Under the pieces are notes generated by a model. The model was not told the DNA's origin. It saw nothing but the letters and a program-made list of their open reading frames with translations, and did no database searches. Source: an uncultured Opitutales bacterium (GTDB taxonomy: Bacteria; Verrucomicrobiota; Verrucomicrobiia; Opitutales; UBA2987). From it: 64,000 bases of DNA. Of the stretch, positions 31,629 to 41,353 are shown piece by piece. Within the stretch, counting starts at the first letter, position 1; every line of letters starts with the position of its first letter. A program made the position numbers and the translations under genes. The DNA is taken from assembly GCA_964542645.1 (NCBI GenBank), contig CAZIUG010000008.1, positions 516,338 to 580,337 on the forward strand, written 5' to 3'.

Positions 31629-32537
31629 ATGATCCTCGGACCTGAAAGATTCATACCAATGAGAACAGCACTATTTGTCCCAGGCAATCGCCCCGACCGC
31701 ATAAACAAGGCTATCGCGACTGCTGCGGATGCTGTAATCATTGATCTGGAAGACTCTGTTTCCCTTTCAAGAAAAGAGGAAACACGAGAATTGGTTAGAA
31801 ATAAACTTTCCGAGTTCCGAGGCCATGAAAGAAATCTCATTGTGCGAGTCAATTCCCTGGAGTCAGGTCTACTGGAAGATGACTTGAATACCGTCGTCGC
31901 AGACAATCTTACTAGTATTTTGGTCCCAAAAATGGAGGGGCCTGAGCAAGTCTTGGAAATCAATTCATATCTTCTCAAAGCCGAGAAGGGAAATAGAATT
32001 GTCGAAGGACGCATTTCCCTGATGCTCCTCATTGAATCCGCAAAAGGGGTACAGAAGGTATTCGAGATCCTTTCGACGACAACAACTCCTCGCAGATTCA
32101 CGACTGCCGCCTTTGGAGCTGCAGATTTCTCGTTAGATCTCGGTATCGAGATTACCAAAGAAGGTTATGAGTTGGATTACCCTCGCTCTCGGATCCCAGT
32201 AGCCTGCCGCGCAGCAGGGATCCCACCCCCATTAGATACACCTTTCATGATTGATTTGAAGGATCTGGATGCACTCCAAACCGATGCAATACGCGCCAAA
32301 CACCTCGGTTTCCAGGGAAAGCTCTGCATTCATCCTAACCAGATCAAAATCTGCAATGACGTTTTCTCGCCTAGCGAAAAACAAATCCTCGAGGCAAAAA
32401 ATGTAATCCGCGCCTTTGCTGAAGCAGAAGCGAAGGGGGTATCGGCTATTCAGTTTAAAGGAAAGCTGATTGATGCTCCTTTCGTCGAACATGCAAAACG
32501 AATTCTTAGACTAGCAACAGTTAGCAGAGAGAGCTAG
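31629..32537 (+). CDS. CitE-like CoA ester lyase
   Basis: RTALFVPGNRP, IDLEDSV, VRVN, LIESA, GKLCIHPNQ. Confidence 0.92.
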   Translation: MILGPERFIPMRTALFVPGNRPDRINKAIATAADAVIIDLEDSVSLSRKEETRELVRNKLSEFRGHERNLIVRVNSLESGLLEDDLNTVVADNLTSILVPKMEGPEQVLEINSYLLKAEKGNRIVEGRISLMLLIESAKGVQKVFEILSTTTTPRRFTTAAFGAADFSLDLGIEITKEGYELDYPRSRIPVACRAAGIPPPLDTPFMIDLKDLDALQTDAIRAKHLGFQGKLCIHPNQIKICNDVFSPSEKQILEAKNVIRAFAEAEAKGVSAIQFKGKLIDAPFVEHAKRILRLATVSRES

Positions 32538-32777
32538 TCCTAATGAGTCTTACCAGCCAACTTACAAAACGTTCACAATACATATGACCGTACTCGATAG
32601 GATATATGCGTATTGATAAGATCACTTACAATGTCGACTCACTCCCTATATCAACCAAATTGCCTGATCAAGAAATTCCTCGATGACACCGAGATTTTAA
32701 TGGAGACAGGCGAGGCGATTTGCACTCGGGCAGCCCCTTTTATTGGGGGTCAGTGTAATAAATTCAACGATCCGTCA

Positions 32778-33923
32778 TCAATTAGTATCCACCGCAGACC
32801 ACTTTTCAATAGTTTCAGCCCTGAGGTTAAACCCGAAGCCCGGTCTATTTGGGACAACCATATAACCATCACGAATCTCGGGTTGTTCTACGGGTAAATC
32901 AAACCACATGGGGTCCCGGGTATAATCGGGGAAAATCTCGACACAGAGTCCGTGGGCCACCCCTGCCAAGAGATGGAGAGCTACCTGCGGTTCTTCATGA
33001 TGGGCCATAGTCACCCCAAATGAATGGGCCATCCCGGCTATCCGTCGCCATTCTGTAACGCCAGCTGCAATAGTAGCATCAACGTTGATGATATCAACAG
33101 CACCACGCGTTATCAATTCCCGGCATCCATGCCGAGAGATCTCACCTTGGCCTGCATTGACCGGAATACCAACCGTGCGTACACGCGCATTTCCTTCAAT
33201 CTGATCGTGCCATCGGACCGGTTCCTCCAACCAAGCAAGATTGAGATCGTAAACCCCTCGTGCAAATTTCATTGCTTCGTCCACGGTCCAGGCTTGATTA
33301 GAATCGGAGCAAAGGTGAAAATTAGGACCCCCGGCCTTGCGGGCCAGATGGGCCCGTTCGATGTCCTCGTCGACTGACAGTTTGCCCACCTTCATCTTAA
33401 TTCCATGAATCTGTTCCTCTTTGTAACGCCCTATCTCAGTTTCAAGATCAACAAATGAATCCCCCTCTCGCAAGTATCCACCGATCGCGATAACGGGGAT
33501 ACGATCGCGGTAGCCACCGAGAAGTTTATAGACGGGTTGTTGAAGAGACTTTCCGAGGGCATCCCACATAGCGATATCAACTGCGGCAATTGCTTGAGTG
33601 AGCACACAGTGCTTTGCGAGATCTAGACTGTGAATCCCACGATTGCTCAAATCGACTTGTGTCGCCCACATTCTCTCCCAGTGAGCCTCCACATCTCTAA
33701 CGTCCCCACCCACAAGGAGGGGGCGGTAAACCGTATTCACGACCCGACATACTTCGAGTTGATATTGGTCTTCGTCGCCACCAAAGGTCTCGCCAACCAC
33801 TCCGTTATCGAGTTCAACACGGGTAACAATCGTATTCCGGCTCGTTATCTTGTAGGTGCCACCCTGAAATACTTCCTCCAGTTCCCGTACAAGAGGGATG
33901 GCTTCTATGTGTTTTACTATCAT
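32778..33923 (-). CDS. Mandelate racemase/muconate lactonizing enzyme family
   Basis: AVDIAMWD, KMKVG, DSNQ, WLEEP, GQGE. Confidence 0.92.
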   Translation of the reverse strand: MIVKHIEAIPLVRELEEVFQGGTYKITSRNTIVTRVELDNGVVGETFGGDEDQYQLEVCRVVNTVYRPLLVGGDVRDVEAHWERMWATQVDLSNRGIHSLDLAKHCVLTQAIAAVDIAMWDALGKSLQQPVYKLLGGYRDRIPVIAIGGYLREGDSFVDLETEIGRYKEEQIHGIKMKVGKLSVDEDIERAHLARKAGGPNFHLCSDSNQAWTVDEAMKFARGVYDLNLAWLEEPVRWHDQIEGNARVRTVGIPVNAGQGEISRHGCRELITRGAVDIINVDATIAAGVTEWRRIAGMAHSFGVTMAHHEEPQVALHLLAGVAHGLCVEIFPDYTRDPMWFDLPVEQPEIRDGYMVVPNRPGFGFNLRAETIEKWSAVDTN

Positions 33924-34068
33924 TGGTTCAAGATGAGGTTTTGGTAGGCTACACAGCGGCAGGAAACAGTGTAGTTTTTAATCAATATTAAGTCCCAGAG
34001 AAATTTCAAGAGTGTAGGCTGCTTTGTTTAACCCTGATTAGAAACTTAAGTCGATCGTGTACATTGAA

Positions 34069-34401
34069 CTATGGGAAATCCCCAAAGCAAAAGGCCTGAT
34101 TTAATTGGTGCACGATGAGTTTCCCTTCCTTATCGGTTTCAAGAACTTCCTTCATGTGCTCGTTCCAGCGCTGTGAAATGGAGTGTCTATTGACGCGCTC
34201 CCACAATTCATCACTGGGTGCCGTTCCATAGCAAAAGATGAAATCCTCGAAACGATAAATCACCATGTTGATTCCATTTTCTCGCATTAGATCCGCCAAC
34301 TCAGGCCACAATTCATCGTGTCGCCGCTTGTATTCCTCATAACAGTTTGGTCGCAACTTAAGGACCGATCCAACCGGGCTCATACTTTTCATCAATCGCA
34401 A
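34069..34401 (-). CDS. L-rhamnose mutarotase family protein
   Basis: EEYKRRHDELWPEL, QRWNEHM; start could be a downstream ATG. Confidence 0.82.
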   Translation of the reverse strand: MRLMKSMSPVGSVLKLRPNCYEEYKRRHDELWPELADLMRENGINMVIYRFEDFIFCYGTAPSDELWERVNRHSISQRWNEHMKEVLETDKEGKLIVHQLNQAFCFGDFP

Positions 34402-34915
34402 CGAATAGAGATCAAAGGCAGTGTCTTAACCTACGTTATCTTTTCACGGAACCCTTTAACAACAGCAAAACAGCTCATCTAAGAAGAAACCCCATGAATA
34501 ATCTGTTAGGAATCACCGAATGGGTAAAGGTCCAGCTTGACTCTGAAGCAGATTCGCATCACCCAATAGGCTCTTCTCAATAGTTAACAAGTCATCGCCA
34601 TAATAGACACCTCAGTCTGAGTCTAATCCACCTGCCATTCCCATCAATTCCATGATAATAACTAATTTTCCCTATTCCTCTGATAATTGAATCTGTGCAA
34701 CGAGGATCTGCCCAGTTTTCCTCAACCATCTACACTACCGTCACTAACATGTTCGGTTTTCTCCGCTTCTTTGCCCTCGCAAGATTCCAATATAGTTTCA
34801 AACCACAAACCTGGGAAGATTTCTCCCTTATTCGAGGTACCGGAATATTCTAGATCAAAGAGTTTTCAGTTGGCAGAAAGTGCTTTGAATCTAAATCACA
34901 ATTGATAATTTTATA

Positions 34916-35275
34916 ATGGCTCAAAACGTAATTGGCACCGAACTAATCCACTGTTGCACAGATCCATTGACGGGATTCTTCCGCAACGGGAAATGCGATA
35001 CTAATGGCGAAGATGTTGGTATGCATACAGTCTGTGCGGAAATGACGCAGGAGTTCCTCTCTTTTTCCAAAATTCAAGGCAATGATCTTTCCACCCCAAA
35101 CCTAGAATTTGGATTTCCCGGGCTCAACCCTGGCGACCATTGGTGCATATGTCTGGGGCGATGGATTGAGGCGTACCAGAGTAATTTCGCACCAAAAATC
35201 AATCTGGAAGCAACCCACATTTCTGTCCTCGAATATGTCGATCTTGATGTCCTATCGAAGTACTCACTGACATGA
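34916..35275 (+). CDS. DUF2237 family protein
   Basis: NVIG..L..CCTDPLTGFFRNGKC, HTVC, GNDLSTP, FPGL.PGDHWCIC. Confidence 0.9.
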   Translation: MAQNVIGTELIHCCTDPLTGFFRNGKCDTNGEDVGMHTVCAEMTQEFLSFSKIQGNDLSTPNLEFGFPGLNPGDHWCICLGRWIEAYQSNFAPKINLEATHISVLEYVDLDVLSKYSLT

Positions 35276-35379
35276 GGATTGAGTAGATTTCTACTCATAG
35301 AAGTCAGCGGTTTCTCCAGACACATGATACCAAAGTCTGGGACATCTCTCAACCCACCCAGGCTACCGGTAGGACCTGT

Positions 35380-35425
35380 GACTCTTAATCTTTTGGTCGT
35401 AGGTCGAGCCCTACAGGGGGCACCA
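35380..35425 (+). pseudogene. 3' half of tRNA-Lys(CTT), probable att-site remnant
   Basis: GACTCTTAATC anticodon loop, GGTCGTAGGT(-)CGAGCCCTAC T-arm lacking one T, GGGGGCACCA end; no D-arm or 5' acceptor strand upstream. Confidence 0.75.
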
Positions 35426-35483
35426 TTTATTCTTTTATTATTTTTATAGCTGTACCAAAGGTACTTTAATCCAAAAAATAAAC

Positions 35484-36779
35484 TTAATATCTAACGTCTT
35501 GGTTGGCAGAATTTTTCTTTGGTCTTTTTTTGTGCCAAACAGCCTTTCCTCTCGAAGGCCTTGCCTTTAATGAGCTTTCGAAGCGTACCCGGGACCTGCC
35601 TTTACCTTTGTTACCTGCTTTAGGTTTTCGAGGAGCAGATCTTAAATTTTCAGTTGGCTCAAAACCCTGGATGACCTTGCGTGGAATATCATCTTTTAAT
35701 AGCTTTTCAATATCGAACAATAATTTTTGCTCGTCAGCACTTACTAGAGAAACAGCCTTCCCTGCTTGGCCGGCTCTGGCGGTTCTTCCTATACGATGAA
35801 TGTAATCTTCCGGTACATACGGAAGGTCAAAATTAACAACTTGGGGTAATAAATTAATATGTATGCCTCTGGAGGCAATGTCAGTAGCTACTAATACCTG
35901 TGTCTTGGCATCTTTAAAATCTTTTAAAGCTCTTGTTCTCTGAGCTTGAGATTTGTTTCCATGAAAAGCATCTGCGTCTATACCTTCTTTGTTTAATTGA
36001 ACTGCCAGTTTGTTCGCACCATGTTTTGTCCTTGAAAACACTAAAACTTGAAACCAGTTTTCTTCTTTTATGCAATAAGCCAGTAACTCCCTTTTCCTTG
36101 CTTTATCTACTAGATAAACCACTTGTGTGACTTTATCTGCTGTAGAATTATTTGAAGCAACTTCAATCCTTTTTGGAGAATTTAGTAAGCTATCTGCCAA
36201 TGCCTTTATTTCTTGTGGAAAGGTAGCAGAGAAAAGGAGGTTTTGTTTTTTCTTTGGAAGGCAGGTCGAAATTTTCTTTATGTCTCTTATAAAGCCCATG
36301 TCCAGCATTCGGTCTGCTTCATCTAAAACAAACACCTGCAGTTCAGAAAGATCTAAGGTCTTTCGATCTAGATGATCTAAAAGCCTACCAGGAGTTGCCA
36401 CAACAATATCCACCCCTTTTCTAAGCTTATCAATTTGAGTGTTTATACTTACCCCGCCATATATCATAGAGGTTCTGAACCTTAAATTATTACCATAACT
36501 TCTAAAGCTATCGCCTACCTGAGAGGCCAATTCTCGGGTTGGGACTAGGACCAAAGCTCTCACTCTTCTTCTTTTAGATTCGTCTTTCTGAAATTTCTGC
36601 AAAATAGGTAGAGCAAATGCCGCTGTTTTACCTGTACCAGTTTGCGCACGAGCCATAATATCGTTACCTTTTATAATTTCAGGAATAGCTTGTAGTTGGA
36701 TATCAGAAGGATAGACGTAACCCTTATCTTCAATAGCTTTTTTAAGCTCTGAAGAAAGACCCAAGGTGTTAAATGACAT
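35484..36779 (-). CDS. rhlE: DEAD-box RNA helicase, RhlE-like
   Basis: AQTGTGKT, PTRELA, TPGRLLD, DEADRMLDMGF, SAT, HGNKSQ, HRIGRTARAG; basic tail. Confidence 0.9.
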   Translation of the reverse strand: MSFNTLGLSSELKKAIEDKGYVYPSDIQLQAIPEIIKGNDIMARAQTGTGKTAAFALPILQKFQKDESKRRRVRALVLVPTRELASQVGDSFRSYGNNLRFRTSMIYGGVSINTQIDKLRKGVDIVVATPGRLLDHLDRKTLDLSELQVFVLDEADRMLDMGFIRDIKKISTCLPKKKQNLLFSATFPQEIKALADSLLNSPKRIEVASNNSTADKVTQVVYLVDKARKRELLAYCIKEENWFQVLVFSRTKHGANKLAVQLNKEGIDADAFHGNKSQAQRTRALKDFKDAKTQVLVATDIASRGIHINLLPQVVNFDLPYVPEDYIHRIGRTARAGQAGKAVSLVSADEQKLLFDIEKLLKDDIPRKVIQGFEPTENLRSAPRKPKAGNKGKGRSRVRFESSLKARPSRGKAVWHKKRPKKNSANQDVRY

Positions 36780-36840
36780 ATTGATACTCTTACCGACAAC
36801 TATGATAGATAGTTATCTGATTGTTGGTTTATTAGAATTT

Positions 36841-36853
36841 GGCGCGCAGTATA
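36841..36853 (-). promoter_or_regulatory. Putative -10 box TATACT with GC-rich discriminator GCGCGCC for rhlE
   Basis: Minus strand reads TATACTGCGCGCC about 60 nt upstream of the rhlE ATG; -35 weak. Confidence 0.5.
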
Positions 36854-36946
36854 CCCTTTGAATGTTCGTCTCTATAATTTTAAATAGAGAAAGCTTCAAG
36901 TTATAGATAAAGATTCTGCTTCAATATCCAAATCAATAACCTTCCC

Positions 36947-36994
36947 TGTGAACCCGATGTGAACCTATTTAAGGTTTTGCCTCTCGTGTGAACC
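36947..36994. repeat. Three direct TGTGAACC repeats
   Basis: Copies at 36947-36954, 36958-36965 and 36987-36994. Confidence 0.7.
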
Positions 36995-37090
36995 TATGAA
37001 AGCTATATGGTTAATGGTCTAGACCGTAAGAGCTACTGACTCTCTAATATTGCGATTGAAACCTTTTTCCAGTAAGGTGAAACTAGCTAA

Positions 37091-38566
37091 CTAGGATTCC
37101 CTTAAGGCCATCGACACAAACTTCGTTTCCAAGTATGCATCAAGGCCCTCGATCCCGTTTTCGCGACCAACCCCCGACTCCTTAAGTCCTCCAAAGGGCC
37201 CTTGGGGCGTAGCCGGAACAGTGTCGTTGATCCCAATAGTTCCAAACTCCAATCCATCTGCACATTTCATCGCCGCGGTCAGATCATTGGTCAGGACATA
37301 GGCTGCGAGACCAAAGTTAGTATTATTGGCCTTGGCAATTGCTTCGTCAATTTCATCGAAACTGAGAATTGGCATAACCGGTGCGAATGGTTCATCTGTC
37401 ATGATTTTCATGTCATCCTGCATGCCAGTCAGGACTGTTGGCTCGAAAAAGTAGCCCTTCTCAAATCTCTCCGATCGGCTACCCCCGAGAATACAATTAG
37501 CCCCTTTACTTAACGCATCCTTAATTAAGTTATCCGTCTTGTCCAGTGCACGAGCTTCGAACATCGGCCCGACGTCTACTTCTTCCTCAAGCCCATTGCC
37601 TAATTTCACTTTTTTCGTCTCCTCTACACACGCATCGAGAAAATCCTGCTCAATTGATTTTTCAGCATAGAACCGAGTCGGACAGATACAAACCTGACCG
37701 TTATTACGGAATTTCCCTATGACTGAGACTTTGGCAGCCGCCTCGATATCAACATCGGGAAAAACTAGAACTGGAGCGTGGCCGCCTAACTCAAGACTTA
37801 ATCTCTTAACCTGTTCACTAGATCGTTTAAGTAGCTCTTTTCCCACCTCCGTTGAACCAGTGAAAGAAATTTTACGGCAGATCCGATTGCTCATGAACTC
37901 CTCCATGATTTCGGCTGGGGGTCCCATCACCAAATTGACTACACCCTTCGGAAGGTCTGCCACATCCTCAATAAGCTCAAACAGCCGGATCAATGAAAGC
38001 GGCGTTTGACTAGACGGACGCGATACTGTTGTGCACCCAACGGCCATAGCCGGTGCGATCTTACGCGCCTGTAGCAAAATAGGAAAGTTCCAGGGAGATA
38101 CCGAAGCACACACACCGACAGGATGGCGTACTGTAAAAAGCCTCTTGTGTGAGAAACTTGCTGGAATTGTCCTCCCATAGGCCCGCTTTGCCTCTTCAGC
38201 AAACCACTCAAAAGTTCCAGCTGAACCGAGAATTTCAGCACGCGATTCTACCAGCGGCTTCCCCTGCTCCATAGTCAGAGCCACTGCCAGATAATCGATA
38301 TTTTCGCGGATCGCATCCGCGATCTTCTTGAGCCGGACAGCTCGTTCGTAGACAGTCATTCCCCGCCAATCCACCAGTGCTGCCTGGGCCGCTTCCAAAG
38401 CCCGTCTCGCATCCCCTGCTGTCCCATATGAGACTTCAACAATCGTCTCTTCCGTAGCAGGGTTAATGACCCCAAAAGTTGCTCCTTCTTCGCCGTCTAC
38501 CCACTCTCCATTAATGTAGAGCTGAGTCTTCTTCATTTCTAATGTCTCGCTCGCCGTTGCGATCAT
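37091..38566 (-). CDS. NAD(P)-dependent succinate-semialdehyde dehydrogenase family aldehyde dehydrogenase
   Basis: PWNFP, FTGSTEVG, LELGGHAP, NNGQVCIC, PFGGLKESGVGRE. Confidence 0.9.
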   Translation of the reverse strand: MIATASETLEMKKTQLYINGEWVDGEEGATFGVINPATEETIVEVSYGTAGDARRALEAAQAALVDWRGMTVYERAVRLKKIADAIRENIDYLAVALTMEQGKPLVESRAEILGSAGTFEWFAEEAKRAYGRTIPASFSHKRLFTVRHPVGVCASVSPWNFPILLQARKIAPAMAVGCTTVSRPSSQTPLSLIRLFELIEDVADLPKGVVNLVMGPPAEIMEEFMSNRICRKISFTGSTEVGKELLKRSSEQVKRLSLELGGHAPVLVFPDVDIEAAAKVSVIGKFRNNGQVCICPTRFYAEKSIEQDFLDACVEETKKVKLGNGLEEEVDVGPMFEARALDKTDNLIKDALSKGANCILGGSRSERFEKGYFFEPTVLTGMQDDMKIMTDEPFAPVMPILSFDEIDEAIAKANNTNFGLAAYVLTNDLTAAMKCADGLEFGTIGINDTVPATPQGPFGGLKESGVGRENGIEGLDAYLETKFVSMALRES

Positions 38567-38794
38567 AGTGTGCGTCCTTCCATATTAAACATCCGTGTTC
38601 TTTCGATCCAAAATACCAAATGATGAGACCGATAGGTGATTGCCAGACAAGGGTCAAGGGTTGAGTAGAACGAGTAATCAAAGTTAATCTTAAATGGACG
38701 ACATTGCTTTCCCTATAGCCATGAAAAAATCTACCCAAACTACCAATTGAATGCTCAACTCATGCAATAATTAAGAAGATACCCAAAGGATCAC

Positions 38795-39790
38795 TCAGGT
38801 AATTAGCACCTTCAGAACCCGGTCCTCTCTTAGAGAAAGCATTGGCTCCAAAACTGGCATCACACCTTGTTCCACAGCTACATAGTGAAGATTTTCCAAA
38901 CCCCGAGGAATGTGCTTTAGAAACGCAGGTTTCTTTTTCACTAACCCCAGAAACCCGTAAGCCCCAAGCACCTGCATCAACCGTTGCACAGCACAACGCA
39001 GCAATTGTCCACGAAAATCAGCATTATTACTTTTTGATTCTACGAAACAAATCAAACCCTCACGCTCCTCTTTACTCATCACTACGTATGGATCGAAGAT
39101 TAATGATGCCACATCGTATTCAGGTAGACCGTAACGCATGCCTTGGAAATCAATCAGCGCCGGCTTGCCCTTCCAAATCAAGACATTCTGGCTCTGCAAA
39201 TCACGGTGCACAAGACAGCGCGGTCGGGCTGAGAGTTCTACCCGAAGATATTTCAATTCCGCTGATTCACGCACAAACCGGATTTCATCTCTCGTGGCAG
39301 CACTCAAGCGATTCACAAAATTATCCATAAAATACTCGAATTCCCAACGATAGAGATCCGCGTCAAAAGGTGGATTTAGAATTGGTGAATGGCTGATTAA
39401 CCGTTCGTTGAGTGAATGCAGTTTTCCTACCTCTAGTAAAGCTGATTGATAGAGGGGCTGTCGCACAGAGAGCCAGTCACTGTCACGGTAGGACCAGAGA
39501 TTCTCAACCCCAAAATCCTCTATCCAAAGACATCGATTTTCCCGATCCTGAGCCAAAACCCGCGGAACACGGACCCCATATTCGACCAAAAATTCAGAAT
39601 GATCCGCAAACAATGAATTCTCCTTTTTCTCGATACCATACCGGCAGAAAATCAACTTTAAAGAATCATTCCCAACCCGGAAATAATGGCGATCCGATCC
39701 GCCCCCGTGTATCTTAGAAACCTTTAGTCCATCCCCGAAAAGCTCGGGCAATTTCTCCAAAGTCAGTTGAATAATGGTATCATCGTTCAT
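38795..39790 (-). CDS. amgK: AmgK-like anomeric MurNAc/GlcNAc kinase (APH family)
   Basis: GGSDRHYFR, HRDLQSQN, IDFQG, YDVASL, QRLMQVLGAYGFL; next to murU-like gene. Confidence 0.78.
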   Translation of the reverse strand: MNDDTIIQLTLEKLPELFGDGLKVSKIHGGGSDRHYFRVGNDSLKLIFCRYGIEKKENSLFADHSEFLVEYGVRVPRVLAQDRENRCLWIEDFGVENLWSYRDSDWLSVRQPLYQSALLEVGKLHSLNERLISHSPILNPPFDADLYRWEFEYFMDNFVNRLSAATRDEIRFVRESAELKYLRVELSARPRCLVHRDLQSQNVLIWKGKPALIDFQGMRYGLPEYDVASLIFDPYVVMSKEEREGLICFVESKSNNADFRGQLLRCAVQRLMQVLGAYGFLGLVKKKPAFLKHIPRGLENLHYVAVEQGVMPVLEPMLSLREDRVLKVLIT

Positions 39791-39866
39791 CGCAGGAATC
39801 GTTAGTATTCGTAGCCCGTATCCAGCGACTTGTATTGTCTAGAGAACAATTGATTCCCATAAGCTG

Positions 39867-40826
39867 TCAAAGGTCGACTCCTATATGTCGACCTGAAATT
39901 CTTCGGTCATTACCTATTGAAACACCCGCTACGATACAGCCAGAAAGTTCCGTTCCTTGAAGAACTTGAACCCCTTCCCAAAGAATGGAATCAATTATTC
40001 TTACGCCAGGTTCGATATCGCATTTCGATCCCACAACGGATACAGGATCAACGAATGCAGAGGAATCAATTCGTGCTGTAGGATGAATTCGAGATGGCTT
40101 CAATGTATGCCTCGAAACCTCCGAAAATCCAGTACTCGAGAAGGACCGAGAAACCTCAAGATAGGTCCTTCGGTCACCAAGATCCCACCAATGTCCCTCG
40201 TCCACCAATACACCTCCAAGCGCATCCTGTTCTCGAATTAGTCGAAGCCAAGCCATAATAATCGACTCATTGACAGGCGCAATCAACTCCATGAATTCTC
40301 GATTCACAAAGCTAACGCCAGTAAACTGAACCCGGAGCCCACCATCCACGCCAAAATGATGACGAAGATCACACACCTTGCCTTTCTCCTCATTCAAAGT
40401 GACATTTCGGTTCGGCCCCTCTGAACGCAGAACCAGCGTCACCAAGTTATTGGATCGCCGATGAGCTTCGGCTGCTTTCTCCAAGGGCAAATCAGTCAGA
40501 ATATCGCCGTTGTAAACTATTAGTCCCTCCTCCTGGACATGTTCTGCGATGTTAGCCAACCCTCCTCCTGAATCCAGGATATCCGGAAACTCACGGACGA
40601 AGGTTATAGAAGATTGGCTATACCTGCCATCCGGAAACACAACATCATAGCATTCCGCTAAATGATGAGTATTTACTATTAGCTCCTCCACCCCAAAATC
40701 CAACAGATGATCAAATGCATAGGTAATCAAGGGTTTATTCCAAACCGGGATCAAGGGCTTAGGAATTTGCTTCGTCAATGGCCTCAAGCGCGTCCCCTCT
40801 CCTGCTCCGAGAACAAACGCTTTCAT
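39867..40826 (-). CDS. murU: MurU-like sugar-1-phosphate nucleotidyltransferase with C-terminal hexapeptide-like repeats
   Basis: LGAGEGTRLRPLT, PKPL, NTHHL, NGDI, WWDLG. Confidence 0.72.
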   Translation of the reverse strand: MKAFVLGAGEGTRLRPLTKQIPKPLIPVWNKPLITYAFDHLLDFGVEELIVNTHHLAECYDVVFPDGRYSQSSITFVREFPDILDSGGGLANIAEHVQEEGLIVYNGDILTDLPLEKAAEAHRRSNNLVTLVLRSEGPNRNVTLNEEKGKVCDLRHHFGVDGGLRVQFTGVSFVNREFMELIAPVNESIIMAWLRLIREQDALGGVLVDEGHWWDLGDRRTYLEVSRSFSSTGFSEVSRHTLKPSRIHPTARIDSSAFVDPVSVVGSKCDIEPGVRIIDSILWEGVQVLQGTELSGCIVAGVSIGNDRRISGRHIGVDL

Positions 40827-41353
40827 TAGTCAAATATCCTGAAATGTTCTCTGATTTGCGTCATTTCACTGCACTGCTTTAACGTAAGGCGACAGACCTT
40901 AACTATTCGATCCTCTTTCACCATGAACACAACCTGAAAATTGTTACAAAGTACTCAATAGGGTTAGGGAAGGGAGCCGATGCTCTCTGTGCTAACAGTA
41001 AATTATTAGCACGAGATGGAAATTCTCTAATCGAAACCTTGATATTTACTCCAAAAGCCTCTTCCTTCATTGGAGTATAGGTTTGTGTTCCCAGCTCTCT
41101 CATGCCTGAGAATTAAAGCAACCCCAACTGACTTCTTAGGAATTCGGCTAGATCGCGAAGCAAGCTGCCTGTTTGTCCTGACTGATATCTCATATACTTT
41201 CCACCCATCCAAATTCGAGTGGACTAACCCAAACGATACAGGGTTTGCTTGACCCGAAAGCTCATCCGAAAAAGATCGTAAGAAGGAAACGAGATTTTAT
41301 CGTTATTCTCCTTCGGTAAAAAGCATGCCAACAAGAAGAACCTGGAGAGAACT

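Noticed and set aside
6374-35425. Single genomic island integrated at tRNA-Val
   Set aside because: No duplicate of the tRNA-Val 3' end and no integrase seen; the distal fragment is tRNA-Lys-derived
35341-35425. Intact tRNA-Lys gene
   Set aside because: No D-arm or 5' acceptor strand and T-loop is one base short; recorded as a fragment
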